NCBI GenBank assembly: GCA_963702425.1
Contig: CAVPCQ010000016.1
Location: 128,001-192,000 of the forward strand
Reading direction: 5' to 3'
DNA: 64,000 nucleotides
Source of the DNA: an uncultured Acidobacteriota bacterium
GTDB taxonomy: Bacteria; Acidobacteriota; Polarisedimenticolia; J045
The position numbers and the translations under genes are program-made. Shown one piece after another: positions 28,550 to 37,530 of this stretch. The number at the start of each line of letters is the position of its first letter. Position 1 is the first letter of the stretch. A model generated the notes under the pieces. The model saw nothing but the letters and a program-made list of their open reading frames with translations, was not told the origin of the DNA and did no database searches.

Positions 28550-29317
28550 TCAGGCCTGGAGCCACGCGAGGGCCGGCTTCTGCAGCTCCCCCGCGCCGAC
28601 CAGCCCGAGGAAGATCTCCTCCAGCGTCCGGCCCCCGGACGCACCGGCGCGCAGCTCCGCGACCGGGCCCTCGGCGATCAGGCGGCCCTTGTGGATCACG
28701 CCGATCCAGTCCGAGAGCCGCTCGACGATCTCGAGGATGTGCGAGGTCAGGAAGATCGTGCCGCCCCCCTTCACGAAGCCGAGCAGCAGGTCCTTGATCT
28801 GCCGCGACGCGATCGCGTCGATCCCCTCGAACGGCTCGTCGAGGAAGAGCAGGCGCGGCGCCGGGAGCAGGGCGACCGACAGCGCGAGCTTCTTCTTCAT
28901 GCCGTGCGAGTAGTCGGCGACCATCGCGCCGGCGTCCCCGGCGAGGTCCATCACCTGCAGCAGCTCCTCGCTGCGCGCGCGGATCGTCTCGCGGTCGAGC
29001 CCGTGCACCTGGCCGACGAACGAGAGCGTCTCCGCCCCCGAGAGGCGCTCGAAGAGGGCCAGGTCCTCGGGCATGACCCCGACCCGGCGCTTCACCCCGA
29101 CGGGATCCGCCAGCGGATCGATCCCGAGGATCCGCATCGTGCCGGCCGTCGGCCGCAGCAGGCCGGTGAGGCACTTGATCGTCGTCGACTTGCCCGCGCC
29201 GTTCGGGCCGAGGAAGCCGTAGAGCGACCCCTTCGGCACGGCGAGGTCGATCCCGTCCACGGCGACGAGGTCACCGAAGGAGCGACGCAGGCCCTTCGTT
29301 TCGATGGCGATGTCCAT
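28550..29317 (-). CDS. ABC transporter ATP-binding protein
   Basis: GPNGAGKST, YSHGMKKK, LFLDEPF, TSH. Confidence 0.95.
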   Translation of the reverse strand: MDIAIETKGLRRSFGDLVAVDGIDLAVPKGSLYGFLGPNGAGKSTTIKCLTGLLRPTAGTMRILGIDPLADPVGVKRRVGVMPEDLALFERLSGAETLSFVGQVHGLDRETIRARSEELLQVMDLAGDAGAMVADYSHGMKKKLALSVALLPAPRLLFLDEPFEGIDAIASRQIKDLLLGFVKGGGTIFLTSHILEIVERLSDWIGVIHKGRLIAEGPVAELRAGASGGRTLEEIFLGLVGAGELQKPALAWLQA

Positions 29318-29328
29318 GGGCCGGGATT

Positions 29329-30424
29329 CTAGCGCCGCCGCCCCGCCCCCGGCAGCGCCAGCGGGTGCGCCGCCGCGGCCTCGATCGCGATCGCGATCAG
29401 CCGCTCGAGCAGCTCACCGTAGGCCACCCCCGAAGCCGCCCACAGCCGCGGGTACATCGAGATCGGCGTGAACCCCGGGAGCGTGTTCACCTCGTTGAGC
29501 ACGAAGCGGCCGGTCTCGCGCGACAGCAGGAAATCGACGCGCGCCAGCCCGGCCAGGTCCAGTTCGCGGAACGCCCGCACCGCATGGTCTCGCAGCGCGT
29601 CCGCCAGCGGCGGGTCGAGCGGCGCGGGGATCAGCAGCTGCGAGTCGGGATCGTTGTACTTCGCGTCGTAGTCGTAGAACTCGGCGCCGGGGAGGATCTC
29701 GCCGACGACCGAGGCCTCCGGCCGCCACAGCCCGAGCACCGCGACCTCGACCTCGCGTGCCGCCGGGATCGCCTCCTCGATCACGACCTTCGGGTCGACG
29801 GCGCGCGCCGCGGCGACGGCCGCCGGCAGCTCCGCCGCGCCGCGCGACCTTCGTGATCCCGACCGACGACCCGGCGCGCGCCGGCTTGACGAAGACCGGC
29901 CAGCCCAGCGCCTCGGCGGCCGCCAGCAGGCGCGGCGCGTCGTCGGCCTCCGGCCCCTCGAAGACCGCGTCCCGCACGACCGGGATCCCGGCCTGCGCCA
30001 GCACGCGCCGCGTGCGGTCCTTGTCCATCGCCAGCGACGAGCCGAGCACGCCGGCCCCGACGCACGGGATCCCGGCCAGCGTCAGCACCCCCTGCAGCGT
30101 CCCGTCCTCGCCCCCCGAGCCGTGCACGATCGGGAACACGGCGTCGAGCGGCGGCGTCAGCGCGCGGCCGGTCGCCTCCTCGCGCAGCGCCCGGTCGCCG
30201 CGGTGCGACGGCCAGCGCACGACCGTCCCGGCCCCGCGGTCGAGGCCGCCGTCGAGCAGCTCCTCGCCGCCGACCCGCGGCCGCCCCTCGCGGTCGACGC
30301 CGACCAGCACGATCTCGTTCCGCGCGCGGTCGAGGTTGTCGAAGATCCCGCGCGCCGAAACCAGCGAGACCTCGTGCTCGACCGAGCGCCCCCCGAAGAC
30401 CAGCGCCACGACCCGTCGGCTCAT
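29329..30424 (-). CDS. ddl: D-alanine--D-alanine ligase (frameshift near 29840)
   Basis: VFGGRSVEHEVSLVSA, HGSGGEDG, MDK, FVKPARAGSSVG, then EFYDYDAKY and NEVNTLPGFT..SMYP in the second frame. Confidence 0.92.
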
Positions 30425-31728
30425 CGCGTCGCCTCCCCCGCGCCGTCGAGCGCGCGGCGCAGCTCGTCCAGCACACCCTCCGCCGCGCGCAGCGTGACCT
30501 GGAGCACCCCGCCGGGTCCCTCGTCGACGCGCTCGATCGTCCCCACCCGGTCGGCCCGCGCCAGCAGGTCGCCGCGCTCGGGCGGCAGCGTCAGCGTCGC
30601 GCTGGCTTCGCGCCCGAGCAGCCGGTCGGCGATCGACAGCACCAGGTCGTGCACGCCGTGACCGGTGCGGGCCGAGACGACGTGCGCCTCGGGCCGCCGC
30701 TCGGCCAGCCAGGCGCACTCTTCGGGCCCCAGGCGATCGGACTTGTTGAAGACCAGCAGGCGCGGCAGGTCGGCCGCGGCGGTCTCCTTCAGCACCGCCT
30801 CGGCGATCTCCATCTGCTCCAGGCCCGACGGGTGCGAAGCGTCGACGACCAGCAGCAGCAGGTCGGCCTCGGCCGCTTCGTCGAAGGTCGTGCGGAACGA
30901 GGCGACGAGGTGATGCGGCAGCTTGCGGATGAAGCCGACGGTGTCCTTCAGCAGGAATGCGCCGCGCTTGCCCAGCTCGACCTTGCGCACGGTCGGGTCG
31001 AGCGTCGCAAACAGCCGATCCTCCACGAAGACCCCGGCCGAGACGATCGCGTTGAACAGCGACGACTTGCCGACGTTGGTGTAGCCGACGAACGCCGCCT
31101 GCGGCGTCGTGGCCCGCCCGTGGCGCCGGACCTCGCGCGCCTTGCCGACCCGCTCGATGTCGCGGCGCAGGTGGTCGATCCGATGGCGGATCATCCGCCG
31201 GTCCAGCTCGATCTGCTTCTCGCCCTCGCCCTTCGTCCCGCCCGGGCCGCCGCCGACCTGCCGCGAGAGGTGCGCCCAGCGGCCGGCCAGGCGCGGCAGC
31301 AGGTACTGGAGCTGCGCCATCTCGACCTGCGTCTTCGCCTCGCGGCTGCGCGCGCGCGCGGCGAAGATGTCGATGATCAGCCCGGCGCGGTCGACGACCG
31401 GCAGCTCGAGCACCTTCTCGAGGTTCTTCACCTGCGCCGGCGTGAGGTCCTCGTCGATGATCACCAGCGAGGCACCGCTGCCGCGGGCGACGACGCCCAG
31501 GTCCGCCGCCTGCCCCTTCCCCATCAGCGTCGCCGGCGACGGGGCGCGCAGCGGGAGGATCGCGCGGCCGGCCTCGCGGAAGCCGGCGGTGTCGGCCAGC
31601 GCGGCCAGCTCGTCGAGGTGTTCCTCGACCGTCACGGACGAGGCCTTCGGCCAGACCAGCCCGACGAGGTAGGCGCTGCCGCGATCGCCGGCGTTCGCGC
31701 CGGGGACGGGCCGCGGCTCGGAATTCAT
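30421..31728 (-). CDS. hflX: GTPase HflX
   Basis: IIDIFAARARSREAKTQVE, GYTNVGKSS, DRLFATLDPT, DTVGFI, NKSD. Confidence 0.95.
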   Translation of the reverse strand: MNSEPRPVPGANAGDRGSAYLVGLVWPKASSVTVEEHLDELAALADTAGFREAGRAILPLRAPSPATLMGKGQAADLGVVARGSGASLVIIDEDLTPAQVKNLEKVLELPVVDRAGLIIDIFAARARSREAKTQVEMAQLQYLLPRLAGRWAHLSRQVGGGPGGTKGEGEKQIELDRRMIRHRIDHLRRDIERVGKAREVRRHGRATTPQAAFVGYTNVGKSSLFNAIVSAGVFVEDRLFATLDPTVRKVELGKRGAFLLKDTVGFIRKLPHHLVASFRTTFDEAAEADLLLLVVDASHPSGLEQMEIAEAVLKETAAADLPRLLVFNKSDRLGPEECAWLAERRPEAHVVSARTGHGVHDLVLSIADRLLGREASATLTLPPERGDLLARADRVGTIERVDEGPGGVLQVTLRAAEGVLDELRRALDGAGEATR

Positions 31729-32228
31729 CGGCCGGAGGGCCCCCCGAGCCAACCGGCGACCGCCGTCGCATCGGGCACGCCGTCGGACGCGTGGAGCACC
31801 GCGCCCTTGCTGTCGACGACGACGTGCCACGGAAGGACCGCGACCTCGAAGGCCTTCTCGAGCTTGCCGTCGGCATCGAAGACCAGCGCACCGCCCATCC
31901 CGGCGCCGCGCGCCCAGCGCACGAACTCCTCCTGCGTTTGCCGCTTGCCGGTGCCGACGACCACGACCCGCATCCCCTGCCGCGCGAAGCGGCCGGCCAG
32001 CTCGCGGACCGCAATCAGGTCCTCCTCGCACGGGGACCCGCACCAGCGGGCCACGAAGACGACGTAGGTGATCCCCGGTCGGCCGGACAGCGCGACCTCC
32101 TTGCCGTCGACCGTCTTCAACGACGGGGGCGGCTGGGCCGCGGCCGGAGTGCCGGCCAGGAGTGCCAGCGCGGCCAGCACGGCCAGCACGGCCGCGGTGA
32201 GGGCGGGGACGCGGTCGCGCGCGCTCAC
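31725..32228 (-). CDS. TlpA/ResA-like exported thioredoxin-fold protein
   Basis: GTG start overlapping the ccdA stop; signal peptide; FVARWCGSPCEE; LPWHVVVDSKG cis-Pro loop. Confidence 0.75.
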   Translation of the reverse strand: MSARDRVPALTAAVLAVLAALALLAGTPAAAQPPPSLKTVDGKEVALSGRPGITYVVFVARWCGSPCEEDLIAVRELAGRFARQGMRVVVVGTGKRQTQEEFVRWARGAGMGGALVFDADGKLEKAFEVAVLPWHVVVDSKGAVLHASDGVPDATAVAGWLGGPSGR

Positions 32229-32986
32229 AGGAACTGCCACGCCTTGGTGAAGAACCAGATCCCGATCGCCAGCATCACCGCACCGGTGAGCTTCTTGAGC
32301 GTCACCATCCAATGCCCGGGCCGCGGCAGCGAGGCGGCGAGTCCCGAGCTGACGCCGAGCAGCAGGAACAGCACGCCGAGGCCGAGGCTGAAGACCAGCA
32401 TCGCGATCGTCCCGAAGACGACGCGGCCCTCCCGCGCGACCATCGCCGCCAGCGGGAAGACGATCGGCGCCGCGCACGGAGCAGCGACGATCGCCGAGGT
32501 CGCCCCCATCAGCAACGCGCCGAGGCTCCCCTCGCGCGGCCCGGAGCCGAGCCGTTGCAGCAGGAAGGTCGGCACCCGGATCTCGAACAACCCGAGCAGC
32601 GAGAGCCCGAACACGGCCAGCACGGCGGCCACGATCGCGTAGCCCCAGAAGCTCTGCGTCAGGCTGCCGAAGGTCCGGCCGGCCAGGATCGCCGCCAGGC
32701 CGAGCGCGGTGTAGACGACCGCCATCCCGAGGACGTAGAGCAGCGAGCGCCCCAGCACGCGGCTTCGGCGCGACTCCTGGCTGGCGCCGGCGGCAACGGC
32801 AGCGGACTCCGCGCCGCCCATGTACGCGACCACGATCGGGATCATCGGGTAGACGCACGGGGTCAGGGACGTCAGCACGCCGGCGGCGAAGAAGATCAGC
32901 AGCGCGAACGGGTCCGAGGCGCCGCTCAGGCTCTGCGCCAGCCGATCCGACAGGCCGCCGATCCAGCTCTCGAACGTCTGCAGCAC
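32225..32986 (-). CDS. ccdA: Cytochrome c biogenesis protein CcdA / DsbD transmembrane domain
   Basis: AGVLTSLTPCVYPMIP and IVAAPCAAP, PRPGHWM. Confidence 0.88.
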   Translation of the reverse strand: MLQTFESWIGGLSDRLAQSLSGASDPFALLIFFAAGVLTSLTPCVYPMIPIVVAYMGGAESAAVAAGASQESRRSRVLGRSLLYVLGMAVVYTALGLAAILAGRTFGSLTQSFWGYAIVAAVLAVFGLSLLGLFEIRVPTFLLQRLGSGPREGSLGALLMGATSAIVAAPCAAPIVFPLAAMVAREGRVVFGTIAMLVFSLGLGVLFLLLGVSSGLAASLPRPGHWMVTLKKLTGAVMLAIGIWFFTKAWQFL

Positions 32987-32989
32987 GCG

Positions 32990-33319
32990 CTACGCCCCCA
33001 GGATCCGGTCGAGCATCTTCATCCACGCGTCGCGCGGCTGGTTGCCGACCGCCTGGTCGACGATCTGGCCGTCCTTGAAGAGCATCACGGTCGGGACCGA
33101 CATGACGCGGAAGCGGACCGCGGTCTGGCGGGCGTTGTCGACGTCGACGCCGACGAACTTCACCTTCCCCGCGTAGTCCTTCGACAGCGACTCCAGCGTC
33201 GGGGAGAGCATCTTGCACGGGCCGCACCAGGTGGCCGAGAAGTCGACCAGCACCGGCGTCGGGGACTGCAGTACTTCCTTCTCGAAGCTGTCGTCGCTCA
33301 CCTGCGGCAGGTTCGCCAT
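32990..33319 (-). CDS. trxA: Thioredoxin
   Basis: PVLVDFSATWCGPCKML, VMSVPTVMLFKDG; AAAGGAG RBS. Confidence 0.95.
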   Translation of the reverse strand: MANLPQVSDDSFEKEVLQSPTPVLVDFSATWCGPCKMLSPTLESLSKDYAGKVKFVGVDVDNARQTAVRFRVMSVPTVMLFKDGQIVDQAVGNQPRDAWMKMLDRILGA

Positions 33320-33508
33320 GGGATCGTCGGCTCCTTTCGTTCGGGGATCGCTTGCGGACAACCTCGGGATGATACACCGCGGCCCGCGGCCCGGCCCGCC
33401 GGTTCCCCGAACCCCCCGCCGTCCGCGGCCGTCTCGGTTGCCCCGCCGTCGTCCGGAACCGACCTTCTGGAGAGAGCCGGGCGCGAGCCCCGGCTTCGTG
33501 GAGCGCTC

Positions 33509-34198
33509 ATGCCGGTTTCCCGTTGTCCGCAGTGCGGCGCCGCGCGCGACGTCGAGAAGCCGGATTCGCTGGCCCGCTGCAGTTCCTGCGGTGCGCTGCT
33601 GGCCGACGGCGCGGCGAGCGGCACGCTCGTCGCCCGCGCGCGGTTCGCACCACACGAGGCGCGCCTGAAGGTCGCGCGCGCCCTCTCGGCCCGCGGTCGC
33701 GCCTGGCTGCCCGGCTCGCCGGAGCTGGTCCTCTTCCCGTTCACCCCGACCGGCGATCCGCGGCAGCCTTTCCGCCCCCTGGCCGCCCTGCCGCCGCTGC
33801 TGGGTGGCGGCTGGCGGCCCGCCGGGGCCGATCTCGCGCGCGATCCGCACGCCGGCCCCGCGGCCGGGGAGCCGGCCCGCGAGACGGGGCCGCGAGCCGT
33901 CGCCTCGTGCGCGGTCGCGGCGCCGGCGCTGATCGTGCAGTACCCGCTCTACCGGGTGCCTCTCGAACACGGCGACTTCGCCTCCGCCGCGTGGTGCGAC
34001 GGGGTCGATGGCCGCGTCGTGCTGCCTCCCGAGCTGGCGGCGCCCGAACCGCCGACCGGCGAGCTGCGCCTCGGGCGCTGGGTCGCGCTGGCGGCGGGGA
34101 TCGGCCTGGCCGGCGGGATGCTCCTGCCGTTCCCGGCGTCGGCCGTCGCGGTGTCGGTCGGCGGCGCGGTCCTCTGGTGGGCCGCCGGGCGCCGGTGA
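33509..34198 (+). CDS. Zinc-ribbon membrane protein
   Basis: CPQCG...CSSCG at the N-terminus, two C-terminal TM helices. Confidence 0.65.
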   Translation: MPVSRCPQCGAARDVEKPDSLARCSSCGALLADGAASGTLVARARFAPHEARLKVARALSARGRAWLPGSPELVLFPFTPTGDPRQPFRPLAALPPLLGGGWRPAGADLARDPHAGPAAGEPARETGPRAVASCAVAAPALIVQYPLYRVPLEHGDFASAAWCDGVDGRVVLPPELAAPEPPTGELRLGRWVALAAGIGLAGGMLLPFPASAVAVSVGGAVLWWAAGRR

Positions 34199-35238
34199 GC
34201 GATCCCGCCCCTTCCCCCGCCCTCTCCTGCCCCCGCTGCGGCGGCTCGCCCGACCCGGAGGGGGGCCCCGGGTTGCTCGCACGCTGCCCCTCCTGCGGGG
34301 TGCTCGGCCGGATCGAAGGGGACGAGGCGCGCGGACAGGTCGTCGTGCCGGCCAGGCTGGCCGCGGGCGACGCGCTGGACCGCCTGGCGGCTGTGCTCTC
34401 CGAGCGCGGGCTCGGCGAGCTCGCGGTCGAGCGGCACGAGCTGGTCTACGTCCCGTACTGGCGGATCGAGACCACGCTGGCGGGGCGTATCGAAGGCGAG
34501 CGCCGCGTCGTGGTCGAGGAGATCAAGCAGGTCTTCGACGAGCAGGGGGCGCGCCGGCCGATCGTGCGCCGGCGCGACGACGGCATCGAACAGGTCGTGA
34601 AGGAGGTCCAGGAGCTGCACGTCGCGCTGGTCTCGGCCTGTCCGCTCGAGGAGTTCGGGCTGCCGGCGCTCGACCGGAAGCGCCAGATGGCGGGCGAGCT
34701 GGGCCTGCGGCGGCGGGCCGATCTGCTGGGCCCGCTCGTCGTGTTCACCCCCGCGCTGCGCGAGACGGCGACGGTGCTCGATCCGATCGTCGGCCGCGAG
34801 CGCGCGCAGGACGAGGCCCGCGCGATCGTCGCGCACCGCGCCGAGGGGCTGGCCACGGGGCTGCTCCCCGGTGCGGAGGTCGACATCGAGCGGCTGGGCG
34901 AGGACGCGACACTGCTCTTCTACCCGGTGCGGCTCGTCTGGTTCCGCGCGGCCGGCCGCCCGGGGCAGGCTGCGTTCGACGCCTCGACCGGCACGCTGGT
35001 CTCGCTGCGCACGGCCGAACCGTTGGCCGCGGGCCTGCACCGCCGCGCACTCGGGCTGGCGGCGCTCGCAGCGGGGTTCGTGGTCGGCGGCCTGCTGCGG
35101 GTCGCGGCGCTCCCGCCGCCGATCCTGGACGGGGGCGGGATCAGCGCGGGGATCGCCTTCGTCGCGCTGGCCCTCGGGGCGGGTGCGTCGTGGGTCCTCA
35201 TGCGCGTCGTGCGCCAACTCGCCGCGGAGGCGCCGTGA
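34195..35238 (+). CDS. Zinc-ribbon membrane protein
   Basis: GTGA overlap; CPRCG...CPSCG, LVYVPYW, LLFYPV, two C-terminal TM helices. Confidence 0.7.
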   Translation: MSDPAPSPALSCPRCGGSPDPEGGPGLLARCPSCGVLGRIEGDEARGQVVVPARLAAGDALDRLAAVLSERGLGELAVERHELVYVPYWRIETTLAGRIEGERRVVVEEIKQVFDEQGARRPIVRRRDDGIEQVVKEVQELHVALVSACPLEEFGLPALDRKRQMAGELGLRRRADLLGPLVVFTPALRETATVLDPIVGRERAQDEARAIVAHRAEGLATGLLPGAEVDIERLGEDATLLFYPVRLVWFRAAGRPGQAAFDASTGTLVSLRTAEPLAAGLHRRALGLAALAAGFVVGGLLRVAALPPPILDGGGISAGIAFVALALGAGASWVLMRVVRQLAAEAP

Positions 35239-35753
35239 GCGCGCCGCGCTTCCTTCCGCTGGCCTGCCCGCGCTGCTCGGACGACCTCGCGGGGCGCGCG
35301 GTGGACCGGGTCGCGTTCTGCCGGGCCTGCGGCCGCGCTTACCGGGTCGATGGCGGCGCCCTCGCGGACCTGCCGGCCCGCCGCGTGACGCTCGCGCCGC
35401 CAGGCGACGGGGCGTTGCTCGCGCTGCCGTTCTGGCTGCTCGGTCCGGTCGCGATCCCGGCCTTCCTGGGCGCACGGCCGCTGACGCTGGCTCGGATCGC
35501 GACGCGGGCGCTGTCGGCGTGGCCGACCGCGGAGGGGGTCGAATCGCCGCTCCCCTTCGGCGCGCGTGTGCCGCCCGGCTCGGCGCCTCAAGTCTGCCGG
35601 TTGGCGCGGCTCGCGGCCCCCTCCGCCGGCGCGCCGCTCTCGCTCCTGGCGGTCCCGGCACGCGTCGAGGGGGGCCGGTTCCTGCTCCCCGGCGACGCCG
35701 GCACGCTCTACCCCGACGATCTCCACGAAGGCCGCCTCCTCGCGCAGCCGTAG
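35235..35753 (+). CDS. Zinc-ribbon hypothetical protein
   Basis: GTGA overlap; CPRC...CRACG, LPFW. Confidence 0.65.
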   Translation: MSAPRFLPLACPRCSDDLAGRAVDRVAFCRACGRAYRVDGGALADLPARRVTLAPPGDGALLALPFWLLGPVAIPAFLGARPLTLARIATRALSAWPTAEGVESPLPFGARVPPGSAPQVCRLARLAAPSAGAPLSLLAVPARVEGGRFLLPGDAGTLYPDDLHEGRLLAQP

Positions 35754-36050
35754 GGCCGGCCTCCGTGCCGGCCCGCTCCTCGCATTCGTGCTTCTCGCGC
35801 AGCCGTAGGGGCCGGCCTCCGTGCCGGCCCGCTCCTCGCATTCGTGCTTCTCGCGCAGCCGTAGGGGCCGGCCTCCGTGCCGGCCCGCTCCTCGCATTCG
35901 TGCTTCTCGCGCAGCCGTAGGGGCCGGCCTCCGTGCCGGCCCGCTCCTCGCATTCGTGCTTCTCGCGCAGCCGTAGGGGCCGGCCTCCGTGCCGGCCCCT
36001 ACGGTTCGTTGCCGCGCGCGCTTCGGGCCGGCACAGAGGCCGGCCCCTAC
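35739..36050. repeat. GTAG-type REP array: five tandem 55-56-bp units plus one inverted REP
   Basis: Units start at 35739, 35794, 35850, 35906, 35962; each has GTAG followed by palindrome GGGCCGGC-CTCCGT-GCCGGCCC; inverted copy at 36024-36050. Confidence 0.9.
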
Positions 36051-36083
36051 CGGCATCCCGGTGCGCGCGCTACGCTGGCGTGC

Positions 36084-37530
36084 GTGAAGACCGCCGACCG
36101 ACCGGGAACCGTGCTGCACCTCGACCCGTTCAGCGGGGCCGCGGGGGACATGTTCCTCGGCCTGCTGCTGGACCTGGGTCTCGACCCCGCCCTGCTCGCC
36201 GCCCTTCCCGCACGCCTCGGCCTGTCGGGGGTCGAGGTGCGGACCGAGCGCGCCGCCCGTGGGCCGTTCGACGCCGCGCGGGTGCGGGTCGTGGTGCGCG
36301 GGCAGGAGGAAGAGCCGGCTGAACCGGCCGACGACCTGCTCAACGGCGACGGCCCCCCGCACGTTCACGCGGACCACGGCGATCACGATCACCGCCACGG
36401 CGAAGCCGTGCGTCAGCACGGCGAAGCCGGGCACCGCACGGCGAAGCCGGGCCCGCCACGGCGAAGCCGTGCATCAGCACGGCGAAGCCGGGCCCCGCCA
36501 CGGCGAAGCCGTGCGTCAGCACGGCGAAGCCGGGCACCACGCCGGCCGCCAGCTGGCCGGGATGCTCGCCGCGTTCGAGCGCGCCGCGCTGCCGCCGCGA
36601 GCCCTGGCGCGCGCGCGCCGCGCCGCCGGCCTGCTCTACGCCGCCGAAGGGAAGGTGCACGGCCTCCCGGCCGAGGAGGTCCACCTGCACGAGGCCGGCG
36701 CCGACGACGCGCTGGTCGACATCGCGGGGACCTGCCTGGGGCTCGAGGAGCTGGGGATCGATCGCGTCACCTGTTCCGCCCCGGTCCCGCTCGGCGGAGG
36801 CGCGATCCGCTGCGCGCACGGCGTGCTGCCGGTCCCGGTGCCGGCCGTGGTCGAGCTGCTGCGCGGGGTCCCGGTCGCGGGCGGCCCGATCGCGAAGGAA
36901 CTCGTCACGCCGACCGGCGCGGCGCTGCTGGTCGCGATCGTCGATGCCTTCGGCCCGCTCCCGCCGCTGACGATCGTGCGCGTCGGCCACGGGGCCGGCG
37001 GCCGCGACGACGCGGCGCTGCCGAACGTGCTGCGCGGCCTGCTGGGCGCGGCGCTGGAAGAGGTCGCGCGGACGCGGCAGGTCGCGGTGCTGGAGACGGC
37101 GCTCGACGACATCCTGCCGCAGGATGTCCCGGTGCTGATCGAGCGGCTGCTCGCGGCCGGCGCGCGCGACGCGATGGTCGCCCCGGTCCAGATGAAGAAG
37201 GGGCGCCCCGGGTTCCACCTGACCGTGCTCTGCGACCCGGGCGAGGAGCGCCGGCTGGCCGGCATCCTGCTGCACGACACGCCGACGCTCGGCGTGCGGA
37301 TGCGGATCGAGCGCCGCGTCGAGTGGGACCGCGACGTCGTCGCGGTCGAGACGCCGTGGGGCCCCGTCCGCGTCAAGCGCGCCATGGACACGCGCGGCCG
37401 CGTGCTGCGCGCCCAGCCCGAGTTCGAGGACTGCCGCCGCGCCGCCGACGCCGCCGGCGTCACGCCCGACGCCGTGCGCCGCGCGGCGCAGGCCGCCCTG
37501 GGCGAGCCACCGGCCGAGGACCCGAAATGA
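36084..37530 (+). CDS. larC: Nickel pincer cofactor biosynthesis protein LarC (frameshift in His-rich repeat)
   Basis: DPFSGAAGDMFLG, His-rich region, AEGKVHG..VHLHEAG..D, CAHGVLPVPVPA, ELVTPTGAA, MKKGRPG, TLGVR, QPEFEDC. Confidence 0.9.
36396..36540 (+). repeat. Seven 20-21-bp tandem units encoding HGEAxxx inside larC
   Basis: CACGGCGAAGCC at 36396, 36417, 36437, 36457, 36478, 36499, 36520. Confidence 0.9.

Noticed and set aside
35739-36002. CRISPR array
   Set aside because: Sequences between the palindromes are identical, not unique spacers; no cas genes; GTAG plus hairpin fits a REP.
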